Source: Stramenopiles sp. TOSAG23-2 (Eukaryota). Taken from it: DNA of 60,357 nucleotides. Location: the NCBI GenBank assembly GCA_900128395.1, contig LT649251.1:1-60357 (forward strand), written 5' to 3'. The notes under the pieces were generated by a model. That model worked only from the letters and a program-made list of their open reading frames with translations. It was not told the origin of the DNA and made no database searches. Position 1 is the stretch's first letter. The number at the start of each line of letters is the position of its first letter. Below are positions 11,345-22,106 of the stretch, in pieces. Position numbers and translations under genes: made by a program.

Positions 11345-13696
11345 ATGTCGAATCTTTGTTTCCTTTACAAGTTGTTATTCTTACTGCTAATACTGTGCGA
11401 AACAAAAAGTGCTCCTTTAAAGACTCCTGTTCTTCTAGCTGAGTGCAGAGGAACAGATATTAATGCCGTCGGATGCTGTGGAGAGCAAAAACAACAACAT
11501 AATGAAGATCTTGGAAATACGAAATTGAACAAAGAAAACCGCAAACATAAGTACAAGTGTTGTTCGCGTCAGATCGGACAGTGGACACCGGTTGATAAGG
11601 AAGAAGAAAATTCGAAGTTTTGTTCTTTTGCAATCAAAGGAGTACTACGTGATCTTTCCCTTGGTCAAACTATGTTTGAAAAACTAATTGAGGCAGCAAA
11701 CTCTTTGAAGAAAAAAAAATCTAATTTGGCAAATTCATATATGGAATCATATAAACAACATGAGATTATTGAAAAACAAAAGGACAATAAAAACAAGTTG
11801 TTAGAAAATCAACTAAAACGCGAAAAACAACAACTTACAGCAGATATTTTCCAGACTGAGTCAGAAGAAAAAAATCTTAATCGTATTTTAAAATCAATAG
11901 AGAAAACTACTACATTTATAAATACTATTAAATCATTTGATGCTACCGAGATGAAAGACCTAGAAGATTTGAAAAAGAACTTAAAAGAAAAGGAAGGGAA
12001 ACTTGAAAGCTGTAGGAAATTGGGGAAAATCAAAGAACGCCAACTGAAAGATTTGACTAAAAGAATTAGTAATTTCAATATGTTTATTGAAGAACAAGAA
12101 ACTAAACTCAAAAATGCTGAAATGGCACATAAAAAAGAAATGGAAGAGATTAAAAAAAAATTAGATAAAGCAATGACTCAGGAGAAAGAGGTGAAGAGCA
12201 AAATAGCGAAAATAAAGACCCAAGAAAAAGAAATAAGGAAAGAAAGCAAGAAATGTGCAGAACTAGTTGAAAAATTGCAAGAGCAAGTGGCATCATCAAC
12301 GGAGCAAGTAACATCACGAAAAGTGACTACCGAAAAAGAAGGAGTTGCTTTTTTAGAGTTAACATCTTCGAAGGCTGGTTGCGATAAATTGTGCAAAATA
12401 ATGCAAACATTTGAAAATGAGCGATTTTTACAAGATAATAACTTTTACGAGATGACTAAAGAGTTTAATAGTCGTAATATTATAAATATTAGAGACATTT
12501 TGCTTCGATTAGACTACTACATCAAAACGCTACAGACTTTGAAATCTGAACAATATAGGTTTCATGAGGACCTATTAAATCAATTAATAGGTGCAAACAA
12601 AAATCTAAATACCAGCTTGACGAACGTAAAAGAATTAAGAGCACAAAAGTCAAATTCGTTGCAAGATTTTAAAAAACAAATCAAAAATTATGAAGATGAC
12701 TTGGTGAAAATAGTAAAAAAGAAAGAAAAGTTAGATGATAAAAAAGTGAAGAACTACAAGGAACATATTAAGAATATGAAATTACTGCAATCAGAAAAGT
12801 CTAACATTGAAATGAGCTTAAATGAATGTAATAGTGCAAACGTTGCAAAAAAGACGAAATTTGACAACAAGGAAAAAATACTAAAGGAGAAAAATGCCTC
12901 TATTCGGAAGCTAATGAAGAGGCAAACTGAGGAAGACGAAAAAAATAAAGAGGAACAAAAAAAGGGGCTAGCAACCCTTGAGACTTTGAAAGAAAACCGC
13001 GAAGAACTACAAAAGGAATCGGATTTAGCATCCTTTCTTTTAAAGGATGCTAAATCCGAATATGAAGGGAATAAGGTTGCCTATAATGAATTAGTTGCGT
13101 TAAGTGAAAAACACGAAAAACTATATGATATTAAACAGAATGCTTTTTACAAACCTGTTATGAGTAGTACAAAATACATAAAAGCAGGACCAAATGCATT
13201 TATTTTTGTGGATGATAATGTTCAAGAGTTAGACCGTAAAAAAATTACAGTAAAAGTTTTTGATGAAAATGGCAAAGAACTTGAAAACGTCGAAGGAGAT
13301 ACTCGTAGAAAATTATGTGGATTAGATGAACAACTAGCCTTCACGCAACATCACGATAAATCAGGGTATGTATTCAGTTTTGATTGTCATAAATTCTCCT
13401 GTCACAAAAAAAATAGTATGTGTACTTGTTTACATGCACTTTCTAAAAAGAATGCAAATTTCGTAAAAGTTACGTATGAAATTGAGCACGAAGAAGGGTC
13501 GTATGTTTTAAGTCTTGAAAATGATAAGGAGGAAGGCCTAATAAAATACAATTTGCAGAAAATGCAGAATGGTAAAACTGAAAAAGCATTGGAGGCAAGT
13601 GTTAATGGGGGGATTCCAAGAGATGGGGCGGAAGAAGATGACACAGAGAGACGAAGAAGAAGGAGGTTATTGCACTGGGGGGGAAATTGTTGTTGA
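11345..13696 (+). CDS. Secreted long coiled-coil protein with Cys-containing N- and C-terminal regions, function unknown
   Basis: 783 aa ORF, hydrophobic signal peptide, extensive K/E heptads, C-terminus RRRRRRLLHWGGNCC. Confidence 0.8.
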   Translation: MSNLCFLYKLLFLLLILCETKSAPLKTPVLLAECRGTDINAVGCCGEQKQQHNEDLGNTKLNKENRKHKYKCCSRQIGQWTPVDKEEENSKFCSFAIKGVLRDLSLGQTMFEKLIEAANSLKKKKSNLANSYMESYKQHEIIEKQKDNKNKLLENQLKREKQQLTADIFQTESEEKNLNRILKSIEKTTTFINTIKSFDATEMKDLEDLKKNLKEKEGKLESCRKLGKIKERQLKDLTKRISNFNMFIEEQETKLKNAEMAHKKEMEEIKKKLDKAMTQEKEVKSKIAKIKTQEKEIRKESKKCAELVEKLQEQVASSTEQVTSRKVTTEKEGVAFLELTSSKAGCDKLCKIMQTFENERFLQDNNFYEMTKEFNSRNIINIRDILLRLDYYIKTLQTLKSEQYRFHEDLLNQLIGANKNLNTSLTNVKELRAQKSNSLQDFKKQIKNYEDDLVKIVKKKEKLDDKKVKNYKEHIKNMKLLQSEKSNIEMSLNECNSANVAKKTKFDNKEKILKEKNASIRKLMKRQTEEDEKNKEEQKKGLATLETLKENREELQKESDLASFLLKDAKSEYEGNKVAYNELVALSEKHEKLYDIKQNAFYKPVMSSTKYIKAGPNAFIFVDDNVQELDRKKITVKVFDENGKELENVEGDTRRKLCGLDEQLAFTQHHDKSGYVFSFDCHKFSCHKKNSMCTCLHALSKKNANFVKVTYEIEHEEGSYVLSLENDKEEGLIKYNLQKMQNGKTEKALEASVNGGIPRDGAEEDDTERRRRRRLLHWGGNCC

Positions 13697-13949
13697 TCAG
13701 CTTCATTATATGATAGTAGGATCGGTTAGAGTATTGAGAGCATAGTATTCGCCACGGGAAGTAAAAAATTATTTATGGCTTTTAAATAATATGGCTTTAA
13801 TATTTATTTTAAAATATGACTTTAATATTAATATTGGCTCAAACACTATTATTCTTTTGAGAGTAGGAATTGTCATGGGTAGAAAATAAAAAATTAAAAT
13901 ATACGCGTATTTTATAATTATACTCTCGTACTTTCGTACGAAGTAAATA

Positions 13950-16286
13950 TTAAGCTGAACACTGGCCGCCATCAAAGTCACAACTTTTGGAATTGCAACT
14001 CGTATCGCAAAAATCATTTTTTTCACTGTCTCTGCTCCAACAGTATTCACTGCATAATGGTTGACAATCTAATTCTTTGTCCAACTTACAAGCAAGATTT
14101 CCAGAAAAATACGCTTTCATATTGTTTGCTTTCACCAACAATTTGAATTTTTCATCGACGACAGAAATATTGTTATTTCTTGCATCAATATATCGCAAGT
14201 TGGTAAAGTCAGACATATACAACGGAAACGTAGTTAAATTGCATCTAGAAACACCTAAATACAACAGCATTTTCCTCAACGATTTATCTGGAAATTCCTT
14301 TAAAGTGTTCCCGCCTACATACAAATAAAATAAACTAGGGAAATTGTTCGTATTGAAAATATCTGAACCAATACTCATACTATTGTTTGAAAGCCAAAGA
14401 AACTGTAACAGAGGCATTTTAATATCATGCGATATCTTCATACCCAGATTATTATTTAGTGCAAGGTTAACAAGATTTTTATGAGTCCATACAGCTTTTT
14501 TATTATAATTAGTAATCTTGTTATACATTAACCACAAACTAATCAATTTATCCCATTTACTAACATCGACATGGAATTCCACCAAGTTATTAAATGAAAC
14601 ATCAAAATGCACCATTTCTAAAAGATTCTCCATGTTCTTTGGTAGCTTGGTTAAGTTACAATCTTTTACTATAAATGAACGTAAACCATCCATCTCGTAA
14701 ACTAAGGTTTCTGGTAATGTTATTAATGTTTTATCATGTTCAATATACAACGAAGCGCAATTACACTTTGGATAAAATATTCTTTTGCAATATGGAATTT
14801 TAAGAATACATCCATTTTCCCAAATATCATTATTACCGAATTTAATTTTGCACAAGTCTTGAGCCGATAAGTTTGCTACTTGTAGAATGGTAAGTCCACT
14901 TAACCCTATCGCAAATACGAGACTTAAGACAAAAACCATTATTTTTGCTAAATAGGGAAACTTCTGATTTTGTATTTCAACAACGTTTTCATTACGTGAA
15001 GCACCAAAAATTGATTTCCGTTTTCTTTTGAATGATCTTGATATATCATTTTGTTGTAATGAAATATCTTCAATTACATAGTTCAAAACTATTTGTTCAA
15101 CTATGCTTGGCAGCTTAATAAACAAGGTCATAGACGGCACCAAAACAATAAGTAAAATTTCCCCAACTGCTATTGAAAGGTTAAATCCAAATCTCAAAAT
15201 GGCTAATGGGACAAATAAGAAAAATAAATCAATTGTGACATCTAAAACAATTTGAAAATTGCGCTCCTTAAAATTGATCTTTGTCTCTGAGCCCCACAGT
15301 TTTACATACATGAGTTTTGCACGATATGAGGATTCTGCAATTAATAGAATTGCAAGCATTATGCTCCAGCCAATTGGTAACGTACAAGAGTAAACAAAAA
15401 TTAAATTGCTGAGTTGTATCCAACTTTCAGCAAATTCGCCTCCATATAAAATGTAAAAGTAATATTTGCCGTTTATATCAAAATTCTGATCGTAATATTT
15501 TTCCACTTTTTCTGCAGCAGATCTGACTTTAGAGACAAACGACTTCCGTCTATGGGATATTTTATTGATGGCTGAATTAGCGACTTGCATCGTATGACTA
15601 GACGCCTTACGTGTGAGAATATGAGACTCAGTTTTGACATTATTCATTGGATTTGCTTCCAGTTGCATCACACTATTATTAGCATCAATGATATCTGCAG
15701 ATACAGAGATTCCTTGCTTCGACTTTCTTTGATCTTCTTCTTCTTCTTCTTGATTTAGACCGTCTTCATTATTAACGTCTGGTTTCGATAAATTGTTTTG
15801 ATTTAATTCGTACATGTCATTAATGCAATTTTTGGCCCTCCTTTTCCATGTTTTTATTACATGAACAAGACGTAAAAGGTACAAGCAAGAAAAAACAGCA
15901 AATATCCATATCCATCTCTTGTTTACAGCTTGAAAACTATATGTATTTGGAACGTTTGCATATATTGAAAAAACGACGAAATGACCTATTGCTATCAATA
16001 ATAACATAAATAATATTGTAAATCCACCTAAACGTACATGTTTTTTATACGATAAATTATTGATGACTGAATTAGCGACTTGCATTGTATGTCTAGACGC
16101 CTTACGTGTGAGAGTATGAGACTCAGTTTTGACAATATCCATTGGATTTGCTTCTAGTTGCATCACACTATTATTAGCGTCAATGATATCTGCAGATACA
16201 GAGATTCCTTGCTTCGACTTTCTTTGATCCTCTTCTTCTTCTTTATCTGTCACCTCAACACCTGTGCCGGTGGTCGATTTTTTCAT
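13950..16286 (-). CDS. Multi-pass membrane protein with C-terminal LRRs and an LNR (Lin12/Notch)-like module
   Basis: 778 aa; several hydrophobic segments; LRR pattern (LxxLPxxxxxLxxLxxxDVSFNNL); terminal CDTSCNSKSCDFDGGQC matches the LNR cysteine pattern. Confidence 0.8.
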   Translation of the reverse strand: MKKSTTGTGVEVTDKEEEEDQRKSKQGISVSADIIDANNSVMQLEANPMDIVKTESHTLTRKASRHTMQVANSVINNLSYKKHVRLGGFTILFMLLLIAIGHFVVFSIYANVPNTYSFQAVNKRWIWIFAVFSCLYLLRLVHVIKTWKRRAKNCINDMYELNQNNLSKPDVNNEDGLNQEEEEEDQRKSKQGISVSADIIDANNSVMQLEANPMNNVKTESHILTRKASSHTMQVANSAINKISHRRKSFVSKVRSAAEKVEKYYDQNFDINGKYYFYILYGGEFAESWIQLSNLIFVYSCTLPIGWSIMLAILLIAESSYRAKLMYVKLWGSETKINFKERNFQIVLDVTIDLFFLFVPLAILRFGFNLSIAVGEILLIVLVPSMTLFIKLPSIVEQIVLNYVIEDISLQQNDISRSFKRKRKSIFGASRNENVVEIQNQKFPYLAKIMVFVLSLVFAIGLSGLTILQVANLSAQDLCKIKFGNNDIWENGCILKIPYCKRIFYPKCNCASLYIEHDKTLITLPETLVYEMDGLRSFIVKDCNLTKLPKNMENLLEMVHFDVSFNNLVEFHVDVSKWDKLISLWLMYNKITNYNKKAVWTHKNLVNLALNNNLGMKISHDIKMPLLQFLWLSNNSMSIGSDIFNTNNFPSLFYLYVGGNTLKEFPDKSLRKMLLYLGVSRCNLTTFPLYMSDFTNLRYIDARNNNISVVDEKFKLLVKANNMKAYFSGNLACKLDKELDCQPLCSEYCWSRDSEKNDFCDTSCNSKSCDFDGGQCSA

Positions 16287-16493
16287 TGTCTTTCAATTTA
16301 TTTTATAATTGTTGGCCGCTGACTGCACTTACTGTAATAACGGATTAGAACTGATTCTCAGTAAATAAATATGATGAATATTATGTATTTTATCACAACA
16401 ATATTATGTTTTATCACAATGTTTTTGTCAGTTGCATAGTCTTATGCACTTATGTCGGTATAAGAACATATGATATTGCTTCTAGGTAATGGG

Positions 16494-16658
16494 TTTCCCA
16501 ACTAACCCGCAGCCCTTAACCAACCTTCCCAACATAGGTAATACGTTTGAACGTCAATCAAAGCGTAATTCCCTTGTAATAAAACATAATTTTGGCCACT
16601 AATGCTATTATGCTCTAACAATTTAAGGTTGGTTAAGGGCTGCGGGTTAGTTGGGAAA
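16494..16658. mobile_element. Small MITE-like element with perfect 34 bp inverted repeats
   Basis: TTTCCCAACTAACCCGCAGCCCTTAACCAACCTT 16494-16527 is the reverse complement of 16625-16658. Confidence 0.7.
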
Positions 16659-16994
16659 ACTTTAACATTATCTAAATGGACACAGCATGGTAAAATTTGA
16701 TATCTCGCTCTATGCGTATTTATACTTAAGTTGAACTCACTGCTATACCAATGCTATTTGATGCGGCTCTTTGATGGCAGGAACATAAATAGATAAGAAT
16801 ACTTATGGTAGACGACTGGCGCCGAAGTTGTTTTTTAAGGGTTTTGCCCCATAATATTAATATGCAACATGTAGCTGTGAGCGATAAATATTTTAAACCG
16901 TAGGCCGTAATAGCATTAGAAAGATGGAAAAATGTTGGATATAAATGCTTTCCATTTTTTAACTAAGGCTATTTGTATGCTAGCTATTTCGAGA

Positions 16995-17333
16995 TAAATA
17001 TACGATAGACATAGAACTACCATTTTTAATACAGGCACACAGCAGGATCAATGAGATTTCCATAAATATACGATAGACATAGTATTACCATCTTAATACA
17101 GGCACACAGCAGAGGATAAATATACGATAGACATAGAACTACCATTTTTAATACAGGCACACAGCAGGAGGATCAATGAGATTTCCATCAATATACGATA
17201 GACATAGCATTACCATCTTAATACAGGCACACAGCAGAGGATCAAATATACGATCGACATAGAACTACCATCTTAATACAGGCACACAGCAGGATCAATG
17301 AGATTTCCAATCAATATACGATAGACATAGCAT
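16995..17333. repeat. Minisatellite, about six 55-70 bp units in an alternating A/B pattern
   Basis: Core AATATACGATAGACATAG(AACT/CATT)ACCATYTTAATACAGGCACACAGCAG; GGATCAATGAGATTTCC follows alternate units. Confidence 0.92.
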
Positions 17334-17592
17334 GTAGAATATGTGATGGCCAGTGATTTCCACACACTCTTTGCTAAAAAACTCTTAAAAATAACACTAC
17401 ACATTATTGATAAATAACCCGTGAACAATTAAAAATAAAACTACACACTATTGATAAATAAACCATGAAAAACATATATATTTATAACAAAATGTACACA
17501 AATGTAGGAACAGGTCGTCAACAACAACAAGTATAGGAATTATAAAGAATCAAAAAGAACAACAACAACAACAACAATAACAGCAAAGAATC

Positions 17593-18512
17593 ATGTCAAG
17601 TAAAGCAAAGAAAAGTGAGGAGGAAGATACACAACAAGTTAAATTAGCAAAGGTAAGTTTTTATTTAGTTTTTATTTTCATTAAAATGTGAGAATTATAT
17701 ATATTTTTCTATTTTTTCTTCTAAATATAGTTTATAGATTAAAGGTGTCAATATCATTTCGAATATTGGATATACTAGTGGTACAAAAGTATCGATCGTT
17801 ATATTTTGGAATATATATATATATATATATATGCATATAATGGTGTTTATATATATATATATATATTATCACTTTGATATGATGTCAAGTGATACTAATA
17901 TATAAATGATATTAATACATGTTATAGCTACTACAATAGAACGTAGAATTTGTGGACCAGAATATAAAATCGATACAGTTATTTGAGAAAACAACGATAT
18001 ATACGATATACATTTATTTATATTTAGAATGTCATCGTTATTTATGCATATACATTACGTGTATTTTGCATCGAAATATGAATCGATATGATATATATAT
18101 GATACAATATGTTAAATAAATGTTGAAGCGAATAGTCCAAATATATCGTTGTGATTATGTATATATATTAGTATCATATACGAACAAATGATTTTGCCAT
18201 GAAACAATATGTAATATGGCATATATATTCGACACCAAGAATTTATTTATACTATTCTTCAAACATATATATATATATACATAATAAAATATACAAAACA
18301 TACTAACAACAATATATAATATATATATAAAAACAAAACAGGTTGATAAAGTGTTAGGTAGAACTGGTAATACTGGTAATGTTACACAAGTACGTGTTAC
18401 ATTCCTAGATGATCTTAATCGTAGTATCATCCGTAATGTTAAAGGACCATGCCGTGAAGGTGATATTTTATGCTTACTTGAATGGGAGCGTGAAGCAAGA
18501 CGTTTGAGGTAA
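17593..18512 (+). CDS. RPS28: 40S ribosomal protein S28 (eS28), 2 exons: 17593-17652 and 18342-18512, 76 aa
   Basis: Spliced translation [82 protein letters not shown] donor, TACTAAC branch point at 18301, CAG acceptor; absent from the ORF track. Confidence 0.96.
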
Positions 18513-19140
18513 TTCAATGTATGTATATATATATGTATATATATATTCATCATCATAATAATAAAAGAAATTGAAAACATTGAGCAACATGATTTTTTAC
18601 ATTATAAGAAGTATTTGATCATTTTTTTTTATATTTTTTGTACAAAAAATGGAAAAACAAAATGAAAAAAAATAGAAGAAATTGCAAACAACATGTGGTC
18701 TCTTTTGTATATTCAGTATATAGTAATTTCACCAAAAACGAGATACTTTTCGTATTTTTTTATTAAACGCCGTATAGATATATATATATATACATTATAT
18801 ATAAAAATCTTGTATAAAACATATTGAAACAAATATTTGTCCAAAGAGAGAGAGAGAGAGAGATGACTCTGCGCCTAGAAAGGCTGCTTTTAAAATATAA
18901 ATTTTTGTTACTTTTCTAATTTTAATTGAACATGTGTGCGTAAATACTAATCTAGGTCCTAGACTTTTCACTCTACGTAAATACTATAGTATACTTTCGA
19001 GCTTTTTCTATAAAATACCATAATTTTCAAAACATATCCTCTAAAAACCAAAAATACAATACATATATATATATCATACATATAGAGATAAAACATTAAA
19101 AAAACCCATTCAACAACTTTGCAATATACGCATAAATATA

Positions 19141-19490
19141 GACGGTTAAAATCTAAGTTATAATAATTTTACACTTCTCGTGTTAAGTAATATGCTCAAT
19201 ACTCAATCGCAAGAATAATATGCTATCCTACTATAGTAAAGCTCTAATGCACCTCTGCAAACTAATACTCTACAAGCACAAGTAGGTTTCTATCCTTCCA
19301 ACATGTTCGAACGTTGAACGCGTTGGACGCCGGGCTCAATATATATTTGGACGTCGGGCTCATTCGACAACGGTGAGGCTGCCAAAGTGAAAGATCCTGT
19401 TGTGAACAACAACCGGTAACTATCCGGATAAAGATCTTGAAGTGCACGGTTGTGGCAAAAAGCCGCGGTTTTGATCACTTTAGCTTGTAG
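19141..19490 (-). mobile_element. Longest copy of the dispersed GATGGTTAAAATCTAAG family (putative truncated non-LTR retroelement end)
   Basis: Near identity with 22874-23216 up to position 19398 and with 44698-44780; the extent beyond 19398 and the strand are inferred. Confidence 0.65.
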
Positions 19491-19509
19491 ATTTCTACAA
19501 GTTTCATTC

Positions 19510-19733
19510 TATATACAATAAAAGGACATTAACATATATATATATTTGTCTCTCAACAAAAAATTATAAATTAAAATCATTAAAAATGACAGATAATAAT
19601 CAAATTAAATCACATAATTCAAAACCATGGTATGAATATTCTTGCAATATACTATATACAATAAAAGGACATTAACATATATATATTTGTCTCTCAACAA
19701 AAAATTATAAATTAAAATCATTAAAAATGACAG
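19510..19733 (+). repeat. Two abortive duplicates of the 5' flank/start of the gene at 20201
   Basis: AAAGGACATTAACATATA...CATTAAAAATGACAG occurs at about 19520, 19663 and 20138; the first copy extends to AAACCATGGTATGAATATTC. Confidence 0.9.
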
Positions 19734-19888
19734 TATTTGAGGTATAAAGAACGAGAGATAGGCGGCTGAGTCATTTGATTAAAATCTTTTTTCTAAACAT
19801 CAAAAACTTTTATTAATACCCCACGTATATATCTTAGCACCTTGTGCTTTTTTCACCACGGAAAAATAGAAAAATACCTGTAAACAAT

Positions 19889-20080
19889 TCTAGCACGGTA
19901 GTACGCCTAAAACCAATAGCATAGACACAGGGGGTGTTATTTTCAATTTCGGAAATGTTACAAACGATTTAGACGACTACTATCTTTTATACTAATATAT
20001 GTGAAATTTGATAGGGCCAAAATGAAAAATAACACTCCCTGTGTCTATGCTATTGGTTTTAGGCGTACTACCCTGCTAGA
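19889..20080. mobile_element. MITE with about 55 bp terminal inverted repeats and possible TA target duplication
   Basis: TCTAGCACGGTAGTACGCCTAAAACCAATAGCATAGACACAGGGGGTGTTATTTTCA pairs with TGAAAAATAACACTCCCTGTGTCTATGCTATTGGTTTTAGGCGTACTACCCTGCTAGA. Confidence 0.8.
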
Positions 20081-20200
20081 TGTGCAAGAGGAATAAAATA
20101 ACTTTAACTTTCAACAGATACAGGTTAAGGTAATCCTAAAGGACATTAACATATATATATTTGTCTCTCAACAAAAAATTATAAATTAAAATCATTAAAA

Positions 20201-20817
20201 ATGACAGATAATAATCAAATTAAATCACATAATTCAAAACCATGGTATGAATATTCAACAAAGGCAAGTCCAAAACAAACAACCCGTCGTCGGAATCAAG
20301 AAGCGGAAGAAGCAGCATTGAAAGTATTGGATGATTTTATGACATATTTTAATGCAAAAGATTTATCATCGATGAAAAATACATTCAATGTACCATCATA
20401 TCGTTTAGTAAAAAATCCACCACGAATGATTGAAATTGATCAAAAACGATTGGACAAACAATTTAGTGCAAATCCAAAAAACTTACGATATTTAATCGAA
20501 GTGGAAGGTTGGGATCATAGTTGTTGGGATCGACGTCATGTAATTTGGAGTCAAGAAGATAAAGGTAAGGATTTATATTTACTACATATCTAATATAATA
20601 TATGAACTAACATATAATAATTTAATTTACATATATATAATAATATGTTTTAATAGTTCATTTTGATTGTTGCTTTACACGATATCGTCTCGATGGTTCA
20701 ATCATTGGAACATATGAATCAATATATATTGTAACTAAAGATGAAAATAATCATTGGGGAATTAAATTACGTAGTACAAGTGCAGATCAAACAAATCAAA
20801 CGATGAGTAAATTGTAA
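20201..20817 (+). CDS. NTF2/SnoaL-like fold protein with C-terminal PTS1 (SKL), 2 exons: 20201-20564 and 20657-20817, 174 aa
   Basis: GTAAGG donor, ACTAAC branch, TAG acceptor; spliced frame reads GWDHSCWDRRHVIWSQEDK/VHFDCCFTRYRLDGSIIGTYESIYIVTKDENNHWGIKLRST...MSKL*. Confidence 0.85.
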
Positions 20818-20940
20818 CTTTTTATAAAAATATATAGATTTTTTACATTTTAACCACATCCTTTATAAAAAATACTATTCTCTTTCTCTCTCTCTCACTA
20901 AATAATCACACAAAAAACTAGATCCTATTTTCTCTTTTTT

Positions 20941-22106
20941 TTACGAATAATTCTTTCCTTCTGCTTTACCACTACCTTGTGCTTCTCTTATTGGTTTGAA
21001 ATAATCAAATGATTGTGCATTTTTTGCAGATACACGTTCTTGATGATCATATCGTAATAAATTGTCCAAGAATTCTAATGCTTCTTTTGTGATTAAATGT
21101 GAATTTTCACTTGTGATAAATTTACTCCATGGTTTACGTGTATGCCTACCTAATAAACCTTCAAAGTGTGAATCCAATTCCAATTCATATTTCACTAAAT
21201 AATTTTTCAAATCATCTGTACCTAATACCTTTGCAATTTTCACTAATTGATCATAATTATCATGACCATGGAAAAAATGGTTCACGACGAAAGACCATAC
21301 CAGCAAACATACATCCTGCATTTTAATATATATATATATATAGTGTGTGTGTGTTAGAGAGATTGACCATAGAACATATAGAAAGAGATGTAAAAAATAT
21401 GTCAAAAAAAAAACTTACCTAATGACCACATATCTAATGAATAATCATAATCTTGTAAATCTACCAATAATTCTGGACCTTTGAAATACCTTGATGCAAC
21501 ACGTACATTGTATTCTCTTCCAGGATGATAAAATTCAGCTAAACCCCAATCAATTAAACGTAATTTACGTTGTTGATGATCTATCATTACATTGTGTGGT
21601 TTCACATCACGATGCATGATGCCTTGTGAATGGCAAAAGTCCAATGCTTTTAACAATTCAAACATGTAATAACGTATATCCATATCCGTCAATGTTGGGA
21701 ACAACACTTTGAAATCCGTATTGTTCACATGTTCAAATACTAAACTTGGTGTTTTACTTTGTGGATCACGTACAACATCCAATAAAGTGATAATATTTGG
21801 TCCACCACATAAATTTTGTAAAATTTTAATTTCACGTTTAATTTTTTTCTTTTTCACTGGTTTTAATATCTTCACTACGCAACGTTCATTCCCATTTGCA
21901 ACGTTGACGCCATCAAATACTTCTGAATATTTTCCTCTTCCAATTTTACGTATCACTTCATAACAATCTTGATTTCCCCATGTTACTTGCAATCCTTCAT
22001 AATACCAATAACTACGTGGTCGTTTTGCACATACATCTGTATATACTTTTGCTGTCGACATTTTTGCATTGGATGCACCTTTACGAGAGGATGGTCCACG
22101 TGACAT
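20941..22106 (-). CDS. CK2A: Casein kinase 2 catalytic alpha subunit, exons 22106-21419 and 21315-20941, with an apparent +1 frameshift at 21272-21277
   Basis: [43 protein letters not shown]; splicing restores [19 protein letters not shown], but [18 protein letters not shown] continues in another frame. Confidence 0.95.

Noticed and set aside
16995-17333. CRISPR-like repeat-spacer array
   Set aside because: The intervening segments are themselves repeated, so this is a higher-order minisatellite
18155-18580. 141 aa minus-strand ORF
   Set aside because: Antisense shadow of RPS28 exon 2
19296-19400. tRNA or tRNA-derived SINE head suggested by GTTCGAAC
   Set aside because: I could not build a cloverleaf or find an A box at a suitable distance
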